Part shown: in pieces, positions 1 to 9,798 of the stretch | Layout of the letters: each line of letters starts with the position of its first letter | Position numbering within the stretch: the first letter of the stretch is position 1 | From: Pelomyxa schiedti | Taxonomy: Eukaryota > Protista > Evosea | Direction: 5' to 3' | Assembly: GCA_020536535.1 (NCBI GenBank) | Contig: JAHLWZ010000976.1 | Coordinates: 1 to 34,714 of the forward strand | DNA: 34,714 nucleotides | Program-made: the position numbers and the translations under genes | Notes under the pieces: model-generated | What the model saw: the letters and a program-made list of their open reading frames with translations, nothing else | What the model was told of the DNA's origin: nothing | Databases searched by the model: none

Positions 1-1587
1 GCAGCGACGCCAGCCACGCCTCGCGACGGGCGCGCAGGAACGGCGACTCGAGCGGCGGGGGGTCCGGCGGGAACTGCCGCAGCACCTCCACCTGCTTGGG
101 CTTGATCCACTCGCCCCGCCTTGGCTCCTTCTCCGGAGGCAGCAGGGGCGTGCACGGTACTTGCCGCGGGATGATGGGAACCACGGGGGGGTCGGTCTTC
201 CACTGGTCCCACCCTCGGGGTGCACGTGGTGGTGGTTGTGGTGGCCGAGGGATGCTGCCGCTGCTGCTGTTGGTGGTGTTGGTGTTGGTCGCGGTGCAGT
301 TCCAGTCACAACCAGAAGAAGAAGAAGAATACAACGAGGAGCACGAGGGCGAGGCAGGGGTGTTCATCCAACTGTTGTTGTTGTTGTTGATGTTGCCGAA
401 GGAGACTTGTTGTTGTGGGTGTTGATGTTGGTCGTTTTGGCCAGCGGGGTCCGCAGCATATCCTTGGTGCTGTTGTCCGTAGAAGTAGTTGTAGTTGTAA
501 TACGGCTGTGCTCTGGGTCGAGATATTAGATGCTACTGTTCGAATGGAGGGAAAAAAAGACCTACCCTGAGGTTTCTTCCTGACGGAGACTGGAGTCCCA
601 CCCGGGAGTTGTATAACCGCAACGTCCAAATCCATCGGAGGACTGCTGAGGTTGAGTCTGCCATTGATGAAACTGAGGAGGTGGTTGAGTTGACATCAGC
701 GAAAACAGAAAATCAAAATCAAAAACACGTTCAAACGGAAAAACCAAACCAACGGCACACACACACTCAACACACCGACGCGCAACACCCACACAACGCA
801 CAACAAACAACAAACAACAATACCGTTGTTGTTGTTGTTGTTTGGGGACGAAGAGGAGTCAGAGTCGGAGCAATCCCGATTCGGCACTTGGGGATCGGTG
901 GTGGCACCTTCTGCCTCAGTCCCAGCCAGATCCTGGCACGCCTCCTCATCGCACAAATCACACCCCAGGCCGCGTCGCCCAACAACTCCCAGAACGTCGG
1001 CCCCGGCCTCGGGTCCTCGGTCACGGCCATCGGGTTCATCATCCTCTCGTACTCCCGCATCGCCTCCATCTCGGCCAACTGCGCGTCCATGGGCGTGAGC
1101 ACGGGCGGGTACGCGTGCGAGTATCGCGGGTCAACAACAGGCGCCCCCTGAGGTTGAGGTTGAGGCTGAGGCTGGGGTCGGTGCATCGGCTGCTGCTGCT
1201 GCTGCTGATACGGAGATTGAGATAGACACTGCTGGCTGGTCGTGGTCGTGACGGGAATGGGAGTGGGCTGGACACCGGTGTAGCGCGACTGGCCTCGGGG
1301 GAGCCTGACTGACCCATCTGGCCACGTGATGATGCGTGGGCGCTGTGCCCTGCGTGAAAAAACACCCAGTTAGGCCGCCATTCATTATCATGGGAGACGT
1401 ATCACAACAACAACAACAGCAACGCGACGACGACCACGCACGAGCGCAACAAAGAACAACCAAACAAAAAAGCAACTGCAGCCACCACCAAGACACGACG
1501 ACGACGACGACGACGACGAAGAAGAAGAAGAAGGGGGTGGGGAATAAACTACCTTGGATCTGGCTCGGCACCGTTGCCGATGAACAT
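1..1587 (-). CDS. Orphan Gln/Pro/Asn/Ser-rich low-complexity protein, spliced, 3'-partial (runs off window start)
   Basis: Exons 1587-1553, 1349-824, 672-566 and 512-1 join in frame via GT-AG introns: MFIGNGAEPDPRAQRPRIITWPDG...QPQPQ...EMEAMREYERMM...RGWDQWKTDPP...RREAWLASL. Indels versus the right copy in the last exon are multiples of 3. Confidence 0.7.
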
Positions 1588-1781
1588 GAGAATGAGCGAC
1601 AAGACGACGAACAAAACGAACAACGCGACGATGGTCGCCAACGCGTACGAAAACAGCATTTTATGTGTGCTCTATCGCGGGTGTGTTTCCGGTTGCTTTG
1701 CTCTCTCTCGTGCAGCAATAAGGTAAATCAAATTTATAAAACCAAGAGTGTTTTCAAGAAACCCCTTAAAAGTCTAACAAC

Positions 1782-2021
1782 AAAAAACAACTGCTGCTTG
1801 AGAGGCTTCACCTCAACGTCACGTTCTATTTTCAACCCTGAGGGTTCCCGCGTGACTGACCTGTGCACTGGCCACGCTCTCGTGGCACACTTAACTCGGG
1901 AAGTAACTTTCCGGCTTGGACTTTGGAAAGGCTGATTGCACTCCTCATTCAGTGTGTCTGTGATGTACATGCATTATGCTAACCAAACGTGGGGGAGTGT
2001 TCGCCACCACACAGAACAGCA
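1782..2021 (-). ncRNA. Candidate ~240-nt structured ncRNA (unassigned family), left copy
   Basis: 5' TGCTGTT pairs with 3' AGCAGCA, followed by a T6 run. Internal stems: GCCACG/CGTGGC, GTCACG/CGTGAC enclosing AACCC/GGGTT, and GAGG/CCTC. The repeat boundary coincides with the predicted 5' end. Confidence 0.35.
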
Positions 2022-2235
2022 CCTTGCCACGCCACCCACCCGTTTGTCACATGGCACTTATGCTGCGGCAAACAAAAAAAAAAACGCAGGGGAACAACTA
2101 CGAGACGCAAAAATCCAAAAAAAAAAAAAGAGCCACAAACTCCACTTTCAATTGTTACTCATGAGAAACAACGAAATGAGTCCTTGGTTGTTGGTGTGAG
2201 TCCAGTGCTTAGTGGTTATTTGTGACATTGGGGGA

Positions 2236-4622
2236 TTATGAGGATGTTTTTGTTGTGCTGGATGTAGTTGTAATTGTAGTTAGGGATTTTGGCTTGGTGG
2301 GTCGCTTGCTTTTGCTTTTTTTGGTCTTGGAATTTTTGTTTGAAGCTGATTTCTGTGCATTCTTGGCTAGTTGGTTCCGTCGGTTCATTTCCATTGCCTT
2401 TTTGCGTTTGTCGACGACTTGTCTCCTCTTCTGTAAGCGTTCGACTGCTCGGTTTTGTTGCCGCTGAGCAGAAGTGGCCTTTGCAAGTAGGCGCCGCTTC
2501 TTGTAGGGAAGCATCATCTTAACACGGCGGGTGAGGTCTCTCTCCTCACGTGTAGACGGAAGTTTGAAGGGTTCTTCACCACCAGATCTGCATATATTGT
2601 TAAGAGGAGTCTTTTTGAGGGAAAGGATACCGGCTAGCCGCTGATCTCTTTCCCGTGGCTGTGAGAGTGTCTTCCTCAGGTTCAACTAGATCTGCATTGA
2701 GCATCTGCTGTGACTCGAGCCACTGTCGTTTGAGTTCGTCAAGCTCTTGCCTTCGCTTTGGTTTATAGTTGTCTTCGGAATCAAATGGAGAGAGATGAGG
2801 TGGCAGCCTCTTCCCTGGGGCGTACTCTTGAACTGGTAAGGGAAATTTCTGAATACTCTGTGAGGTTTGCTTTATATGAATAGAAATGGGTCCTGACCTC
2901 GTTAGCAGAATCGAATACCCACTGAGGCTGGATATACTCTCTTCCAGGAACACGTTTCTCCATGCCTGGTCGGTCACACACCTAGAAATAAGAATGTTTA
3001 TGGATACAACATTTAATATTATCGGAAACCTCATGCGTGATTGTTGGATCATCTCGAGTATACGGAGCGATCTCTCCATCCCAAGAAACTTGCCCCCCGA
3101 AGGCTAGAATTACAAATTCCAGAACATGGAATGAAACCTGTTGTTGTATTACTCGGCTAGCAAATAAGTATATATAGTACCAACCTCTCTGTTGAGGAAG
3201 AACTTGAACCCGTGGAAGAGTGCCCTCTTTGAGCGCACTTTAGAAATCACTGGTTCCGAGCCAATAGTTTGAGGTTGTTCGACGAGACTTGCTGTATCGG
3301 TGGCAGCAGTGGAATTTCTATCTTGTTGGGCCGCAGCACTGTTAGGTTCTGGGACTGAGTACGTGAGAGGTTCCTTTGGTGTGGCTTTCGGTTTTGCCTA
3401 AGAAGAATGTGAGACAGGCAAAATAGAGAAGCACCTAGTTGCCTTCTGGTTTTTATCATGTAATGTCCACGAAAAAATGGGAGGTTCGTCTTTGACCTTA
3501 TACAAAGGTTTAATTGGAAGAACCTTTTCTGGGTTTCTGCAAAAGATCAACATAAAAGAAACTTGGGACACCAGCATACAGTGATGTTAACTTCAAGTAG
3601 CTGATGTGTTCACCAGATGAGTCACTTAAGTCATCCAATACAGGAGGGTACTGTAGACCAACTCCAGTGTACAGTTTATAAAGAACGAACCCAACTTGAG
3701 TTTCATAAAGATCTGCGAAGGTATTCATGACTTGGTAGTCAACAACTGAGGAGATCTTCAAAACAGAGTTTTAAAAATTGGAAGCAAAGTGGTGTGTGTA
3801 CCGCCAAACTGAGTTGGTGCGGAGAAAGCCAGGTAATTTTTTCCCCCATAATTTCAGCTTGGTAGTAGATTCCCTTTTGTGAGATAAAGACTTTCCTGAG
3901 AGCGCGAGTGTGGGCAACAAAAGCCTTCCACTCGGCCACGAACTGCTTGCAAAGATCAATTTTTTTGAGGTGAACTGCTAAGGTGTTAAGGACACACCTA
4001 GACTAAAAGTAATACCTGCGCTGGCCTGATTGTGTGCAGCATAAAGCGTAACAAGGCACAAGGCATCATCCAAATCCCTCAGGCAATCTATGAAAGAAGG
4101 GTACCTAGGGATTACTTAGATTCCTCCAAGCAATGAGGGAAAATACTTTTCCAGCATGACATGGTCTATGTTAAAACTGGGCCTCAAGCTCTGTCTCAGA
4201 ACTTCTGCAGAGGCGAATTCTCTTCGTGAAGTTGCTCGGGTGATTTTGCGTTGGAACGTGTGCAGTCTACGGAAGTTCTGCAAAACAGGGTCGCGCATAG
4301 CTGCAACGATGTCTTTTGTGTAATAGTATGTCTGTGGGTCTCTCCGGCTTCGGTTGGGAGGGTTCCTCGGGTAGATTCCCTTCAATATGCAGAATTGTCT
4401 GTTGGTGCTTAGCTATCAATATCTTTGACCGGGAACAGTGCCTCCGCAGAGGGCACCAATACTGATCATGGTTTTTTTTTTTTATTTTATATTATTTATT
4501 TTTAATAGGCAGTACCTGAACTCGCTAAATGGCATTCCCAACTTCGTGGTTGCGTTTTTGCGCGAAATGTAGTGCTTGTGGTCGAAGCTGGTCTTCTTTC
4601 GCATCTTCTGTTGTCCGCCCAT
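2236..4622 (-). CDS. PES1: Pescadillo/Nop7 homolog (60S ribosome biogenesis), multi-exon
   Basis: YISRKNATTKLGMPFSEFRQFCILKGIYPR, RYPSFIDCLRDLDDALCL, LRKVFISQKGIYYQAEIMG, BRCT-region REYIQPQWVFDS and YAPGKRLPPHLSPF, basic tail with MMLPYKKRRL. Confidence 0.93.
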
Positions 4623-4846
4623 TTTACGGTTTGCTTGTCCACCTCACCACCCGAACGAACTGTTATTAGTACCGCGTAATAGCAGATCTTGATGGCCGCG
4701 GCACCTCGCGTGACACCGCAGGGAGCTTAATTAAAAGAAATTGAATTCCCGTGCAACTGGATTAGAACGGAATTAGAAGAACAAGCGCGACAGTTGCTGG
4801 CCAATTAAAATCTAGTATCTCCAAGGGTTTTTTTTTATTTTATTTG

Positions 4847-7207
4847 TCATAGCCAGGGATTGACTTTGGCGGCTGGTTTGGTTGTTGTGGCTGTTGATGA
4901 TGATTCTGTTATCGGCGTTGATTCCAGCCATATGTTCCTTTTAGGTGTTGTAGTAGTTGCCGTGTTTAGGCTTGGTGTGGAGGTTTGTGTTTGGGCTTCT
5001 GCTGCTGGAATTTCTTTGTTTACTTGTGTTGACTTGAGCTTTGATTCTACCATCTTGGTGGCTGGTTTTTGTGGTGAAGTTTCACTTGTCTTGCCGCTAG
5101 TAGTTTTGATTGGCGTGGTGTCTTTGCTAGTTGATTTGGTTATCGGCCGTTTTTGTACAGGGATGTTCTTGGTTTTTGGTTTGACAGAGGTTTCTGGGTC
5201 TGGTTTTTCTTTTGAGACTGTGTCACCACTTGGTGCTTCTGGGCCTTTGGGTTCCGTCTTTGCCGATCTAGGCTTTTTTGGTTTTGGTGGCGAAGCCGTG
5301 TTGCGTGAAGAGGGCACTACTTTCTGAGTGGTCACAGCCACCTCAACTGCTTCACTCGAGGGTACCTTTTGAGCTCTTTGGTCATCTTCCTTCTCTGCCT
5401 TGGCACGGGCTGCCTTGAGCTCAATGATTTTTAGTATTCTCTCAAGATCCACATCTGGAGTACTAAACAGGCCCATACTTTTCGCAATTGTATCCATATT
5501 TAGAGTCGTGGGTAGCAGGGAAAGCATGTTACACCCGTATAATGCAACAAAGCGCTGAAATGCCATTTCTGCAACTCGTTCTCCACCCCTCATCATAGGA
5601 AGCAATGCACGTAGAGCTTGGGCGTGAGGAACTAATTTCGGGACAGATAGCCCAGTTATTGGGACTCCCATGGCCTGTATCATTCCAACTGCCCCGTATT
5701 CATGTGGAGAGAGGAAAAGTACAGCAACTCCACTCCTCCCAGCCCTTGCTGTTCGTCCAACGCGATGGACATAGGTTTTAGAGTCTCTGGGCATTGAATA
5801 TTGTATTATCCAGTCAACTTCAGGAATATCCAAGCCCCTGGAGGATAAATCTGTTGTAAGAAGGATTCCTGTTTGTGACATGCAGAAGTCCAGATATTCA
5901 ACTGCTCTTGCTCCTTGAACTAACTGGCTTTGAAGTTGTTTAATTTTGTAATGCTCACCCAGAATACGAGACAAAATCATTCCAAAGTACTGGACCTCGG
6001 CACAGGAAGAGAAGAAGACAATAGCTTTGCTTTGTGCGCGTGTGGCACGCAGCCATCCAATAAGGAGATCGACACGAGACTCCTGGGGTACCACCACAAA
6101 GTGATGCGTGATAGTGTTGACGGTCGGATTCCCCTTTTTCTCCTCCACTCTGAGGAATACTGGAGCACTCAGGGATAGCCGCGCAAGCGATCGCACGCTA
6201 TCAGACATAGTTGCGCTGAACAGCATGGCCTGCCTTCCCTCAGAAGACGCAGGGACACACGAAATCACGTGCGCAACTTCCTTTTCGCTGTCCGCCAACA
6301 CCTGATCAGCCTCGTCGATCACCAAGAACTTGACACACTTCAAAGCAACCACCACCTCGGCGCTGTTCTTCAAGTGGTACTGCAGCCTCCCCGGCGTCGC
6401 AATAAGGAGGTGAGCGCCCTTCTCCAGCGCCTTGCTCTCCAGCCAAGTATTGGCCCCCCCAAGCAGAACAGTGTACTTGAGGTTCTCGTGGAATGTCATC
6501 AGCTGGTCCGCCATGCACCCAACCTGCAGCGCGAGCTCGTGCGTGGGGGTGATGACAACGGCCCCGGTGCCCCCGCCAAGCAGGCCGAGTCCCAGCATTT
6601 GCACGGCGCCCCCGGCGGCGCCGCCGGTTAGCACGGTCCCCTGCACCATCAGGCCGCCGCCGAGTGCGGCGGGGGAACCCATAACCCGCTTGTGGAACCC
6701 GTTCCTGCGGAGCACCTCGAGTGCGGGGATCAGGTACGCCAGGGTCTTGCCGGAACCGGTGGGGGCCTTGGCCAGGACGTCGCGCCCCGACATGGCCAGT
6801 GGTATGGTGGCCTTTTGGATCGGCGTCATCACAGTGAACCCCAGAGTCTCCGAAATCGCCCTCTGAGTCTCCGCGCAGATCCCCAGGCTCCCGAAATCGC
6901 TCGCGCCGTCTCGCTCGGCATCAGTCGTCCCATAACTGGCACTCCCTTCGCCGGGGCTTTCTTCGCTTTTCCGCTCGGCCTTCGCTTCGCCCGGCGGCGC
7001 GCTTTCGCTGGCGACCTTGGATTTCGTCTGTTTCTGCACAGCAGCTCCGGTTTTTGCCGCGGCTTCTATTTTATCGCCGCTTTTTTTCGCCGTCGGGTGA
7101 CTCGTACGCGTAGTGGCGTTAGAAACGACGGGCGTGTCGCCGCCAACTACCTCCGCAGGTGCCGTCGCCGGCCTTTTTTTTTTCCGCGAGGGCTGCAGCG
7201 TCGCCAT
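4847..7207 (-). CDS. DEAD-box RNA helicase, HAS1/DDX18-like, single open frame with K/T/P/S-rich tail
   Basis: Q motif GFTVMTPIQ, APTGSGKT, PTHELA, TPGRL, DEAD, SAT, AIVFFSSC, SRGLDIP, YVHRVGRTARAG. Start taken at the ATG of MATLQPSRKKK. Confidence 0.9.
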   Translation of the reverse strand: MATLQPSRKKKRPATAPAEVVGGDTPVVSNATTRTSHPTAKKSGDKIEAAAKTGAAVQKQTKSKVASESAPPGEAKAERKSEESPGEGSASYGTTDAERDGASDFGSLGICAETQRAISETLGFTVMTPIQKATIPLAMSGRDVLAKAPTGSGKTLAYLIPALEVLRRNGFHKRVMGSPAALGGGLMVQGTVLTGGAAGGAVQMLGLGLLGGGTGAVVITPTHELALQVGCMADQLMTFHENLKYTVLLGGANTWLESKALEKGAHLLIATPGRLQYHLKNSAEVVVALKCVKFLVIDEADQVLADSEKEVAHVISCVPASSEGRQAMLFSATMSDSVRSLARLSLSAPVFLRVEEKKGNPTVNTITHHFVVVPQESRVDLLIGWLRATRAQSKAIVFFSSCAEVQYFGMILSRILGEHYKIKQLQSQLVQGARAVEYLDFCMSQTGILLTTDLSSRGLDIPEVDWIIQYSMPRDSKTYVHRVGRTARAGRSGVAVLFLSPHEYGAVGMIQAMGVPITGLSVPKLVPHAQALRALLPMMRGGERVAEMAFQRFVALYGCNMLSLLPTTLNMDTIAKSMGLFSTPDVDLERILKIIELKAARAKAEKEDDQRAQKVPSSEAVEVAVTTQKVVPSSRNTASPPKPKKPRSAKTEPKGPEAPSGDTVSKEKPDPETSVKPKTKNIPVQKRPITKSTSKDTTPIKTTSGKTSETSPQKPATKMVESKLKSTQVNKEIPAAEAQTQTSTPSLNTATTTTPKRNIWLESTPITESSSTATTTKPAAKVNPWL

Positions 7208-7289
7208 CTCCGCACAATTATCGCCTTTATTGGAAAACAACAAAAAAAAATCCCGCTATTCCGAAATTCACACGAGAGTGACTGGGGGA

Positions 7290-8193
7290 ATGAGGTCGAA
7301 CTTGGCGGATGACGACGACCCAGAGGGCGACAGGGAGATATTCGACATGGGAGTGGTCTTTGGTCGGGAGCCACTGGGCGAGCGGCTCTATGAATTCGGC
7401 GGACAACGCCAGGTTATTAGCACCATCTGCGACGACCACACTTTCCAAATCAATGGCCAGGTGTGACAGTTTTGGTTAGTTTGGAGTTTTTTTCCCCCCT
7501 TTTTTTTTTTAACACAAGGAGTGATTGATAGGTGGTCTGGGGTGCGGCACCTTGGATGGCTGAAAGATTGGGGTGTTTGTTGGCGGGAATTGGGAACGTA
7601 GAACCAGGACTGGGACTGGGAGGGGAGGGAGAACAATGCCTGGAAACGCTTAGGAATAAGGCAGAAACACTGCAGGTTGTTGAGCTTGGTGCCGGTTGTG
7701 GTCTGGTTGGAATTGTTATGGCTCAGCTGGGTGTGAGAACTGTTCTAACTGACTTTGACGATGTGTGTATAATCACATACCCCATTTACTCCATTTTCAC
7801 TGATGAATCAATATGTCATCTCAGGATGTCTTGGAGCTTCTGAACGAAAATGTATCCAAGAATGTAAAAACGGGGTGTGCCAGTGTGACCCAGCTGGATT
7901 GGAAGAAGCCGGTAAATGCGCCACTGAGTCACTCGTTCCCCATAGCTATTGCATCCGACGTGACCTATCACCGGGAATTCTGCCCCTCCCTGTTCCGTGC
8001 TGCCTCGGCGTTGCTGCAGCTTCCATCCCCACACCACACAAGCGGGGGAATGTTCCTTATGGCCAATGGGAAGCACAGGTACTTCCCAGAAGTGTGCTTG
8101 CAAGCCGCCAGGGATGCCGGGATGTCACTGGTTGCACAGCACGACGACGTACTCTCCGAAGTCACTGTATCACTCTGGAAACATGCCCCCTGA
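7290..8193 (+). CDS. Seven-beta-strand protein (lysine) methyltransferase, Methyltransf_16/METTL21-like
   Basis: Spliced GQ|VVWGAAPWMAERL, motif I VVELGAGCGLVG, LTDFD, QLDW, IASDVTY; introns at 7461-7531 and ~7763-7824. Confidence 0.85.
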
Positions 8194-8385
8194 CCAACAC
8201 CTCCCCCCTTACACTTCTCTTTCGGCGGGCACCCCGCCAATTGATTGAGATTATTCCAGACCAGAAACCCAGAAACAAACAACTCCTTTCCGTCTCCTGA
8301 CAAACTCTTCTTATTCCCCCGAACTTCGTGCCGAAAAGCCAAACAAAAGAACACACAAAACCCTTTCACTCTCACGTGATCACCC

Positions 8386-9649
8386 ATGGCTGCTCACTAC
8401 GACGTAGGAGGCGGGGGAGGGGGCGGGGGCGGGCCGCCGCCGGGGGAGCTGATGCGGGTTGTCAAGCAGGCGGGGGAGGTGCTGGACACGTGCGACGCGC
8501 TGCTGATAGTGGCGGGGGCGGGGATGTCGGCGGACTCGGGGCTGCCCGTGATGCGGGGGGCGGACGGCATGTGGGTCGACTACGCGCCGGCGAGGGCCCT
8601 GGGGCTGGACTACCAGCACCTGGCTACCATGGAGTGGTATGACAGGGTAGGTGACTTGTTTTTCTTCTTCCTCCTCCTCCCTCCTTCTTCTTGTATTCGT
8701 TTGTTTGTTGTATGTATTGCTACTGGCTCCTTGGCGCTTTGTGAGGCTCGGCCACTCATAGATTTGTGTTTTTGACTTTTTTTTCAGGATCCGGGTATAG
8801 CTTGGGGATTTGTGTCGCAGACTACAAACGTATGAGGGGAGTGATATTTGTAGTTGCCAATTCAATTTTGTTTTTCCTGGCTAGGCATATAGGAAGGCAA
8901 CTCCTCATGATGGCTACAAAATCCTGTACAAAGTGGCATCCAGGAAAACAAGGAAAGTTGGGGGCAACTACTTTGTGATGTCATCAAATGTGGACACACT
9001 TTTCACTACATCAGGATTTGCACGAGAGAACGTATACCAGGTCCATGGAAACATGGAGTGGCTACAGTGTAGAGCCAAGTGTAGAAAGGTCTGTGCAAAG
9101 GCCTTTTTTCCCTTTATTCAGTATCTTTTTCAAGGATATCGTCTTTCCTACTCCATCCAAGCTACCGGCTCTGCATCCAACAACACACAAGGCAGTTCCA
9201 CCCTATCCCAAATGTCCGTACTGCGGCTCAATGGCGAGATGGAATGTATCATATTTTGGTGATCTAGACTTCTGCGAAGTTCTGTGCAAGGCAGAGAGGC
9301 GTCGACTACAACAATGGATAACTTCTAGAGTAATTTATATCCTGCACCTAGGCATTGTATTGACCTACACATTACCCAGGAAGTCACCGAGGCAAGATCA
9401 TTTGTCATTCTAGAAGTAGGGTGCGGAATGAGTGAGCACTCTCTCAGAATGAACATGGTTGATGGCCGCTGGAAATGCTTGAGTGCAGAGTACAAAATTG
9501 GGGTCAACCTACCTGCAGACACCACACTCATCAGAATAAATCCTCTCAATCCCGAAGTTCCCCCTGATGTAAAGGCATTTGGGATACCTCTGAGCTGCGA
9601 AAAGGCTCTCAAACTCATGAGCCCCTTCCTCCGTTCAACAAGAAACTGA
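8386..9649 (+). CDS. SIR2-family NAD-dependent deacylase, bacterial-type
   Basis: LLIVAGAGMSADSGLP, YFVMSSNVD, VHGNMEWLQC..KC, PKCPYCG, FGD, VILEVGCG, LIRINP. Confidence 0.88.
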
Positions 9650-9798
9650 TTATTCAAAATAAACAACGAAGTAAATAACAAAGAGGGTTCTGGTTTTTTT
9701 TTTAACAACAGTTTTATTGGGATGATAAATTTAGCATAATAAAAGTCCAAGTCAAACATCATGTTGTCTCCCACGGCTAGGAGGAAGGAAGCCAAGCC

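Larger units (their letters stand above)
1..2021. repeat. Left arm of ~2 kb inverted repeat bracketing the window
   Basis: Base 1 onward is the reverse complement of base 34714 backward. The first mismatch is at 122; SNPs and microsatellite indels follow; no difference seen over ~1540-2021; continuous match ends after ACAGAACAGCA at 2021. Confidence 0.97.

Noticed and set aside
1400-1535. CAA/GAC/GAA short tandem runs as CRISPR-like or coding repeats
   Set aside because: Simple trinucleotide microsatellites in intron 1 of the repeat gene; no repeat-spacer structure.
96-1935. Numerous + strand ORFs in the left arm and antisense ORFs over the helicase, cyclase and PX genes
   Set aside because: Shadow frames of GC-rich or microsatellite-rich coding sequence, with no recognisable motifs.
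1885-2010. U1 snRNA-like fragments on the + strand (ACTTAACT, ATTGCACTC, GTGGGGGAGTGTTCGC)
   Set aside because: No ACTTACCTG 5' end, no GATCACGAAG loop I and no clear Sm site; the matches are short.
1-2021. Amplification fold-back chimera as origin of the inverted repeat
   Set aside because: The arms differ by many SNPs and frame-preserving indels and are 30 kb apart, unlike a fresh copy artefact.
1791-2021. MITE with TGCTG/CAGCA termini
   Set aside because: Terminal match is only 5-7 bp, no target-site duplication is seen, and homology between the arms continues past one end.
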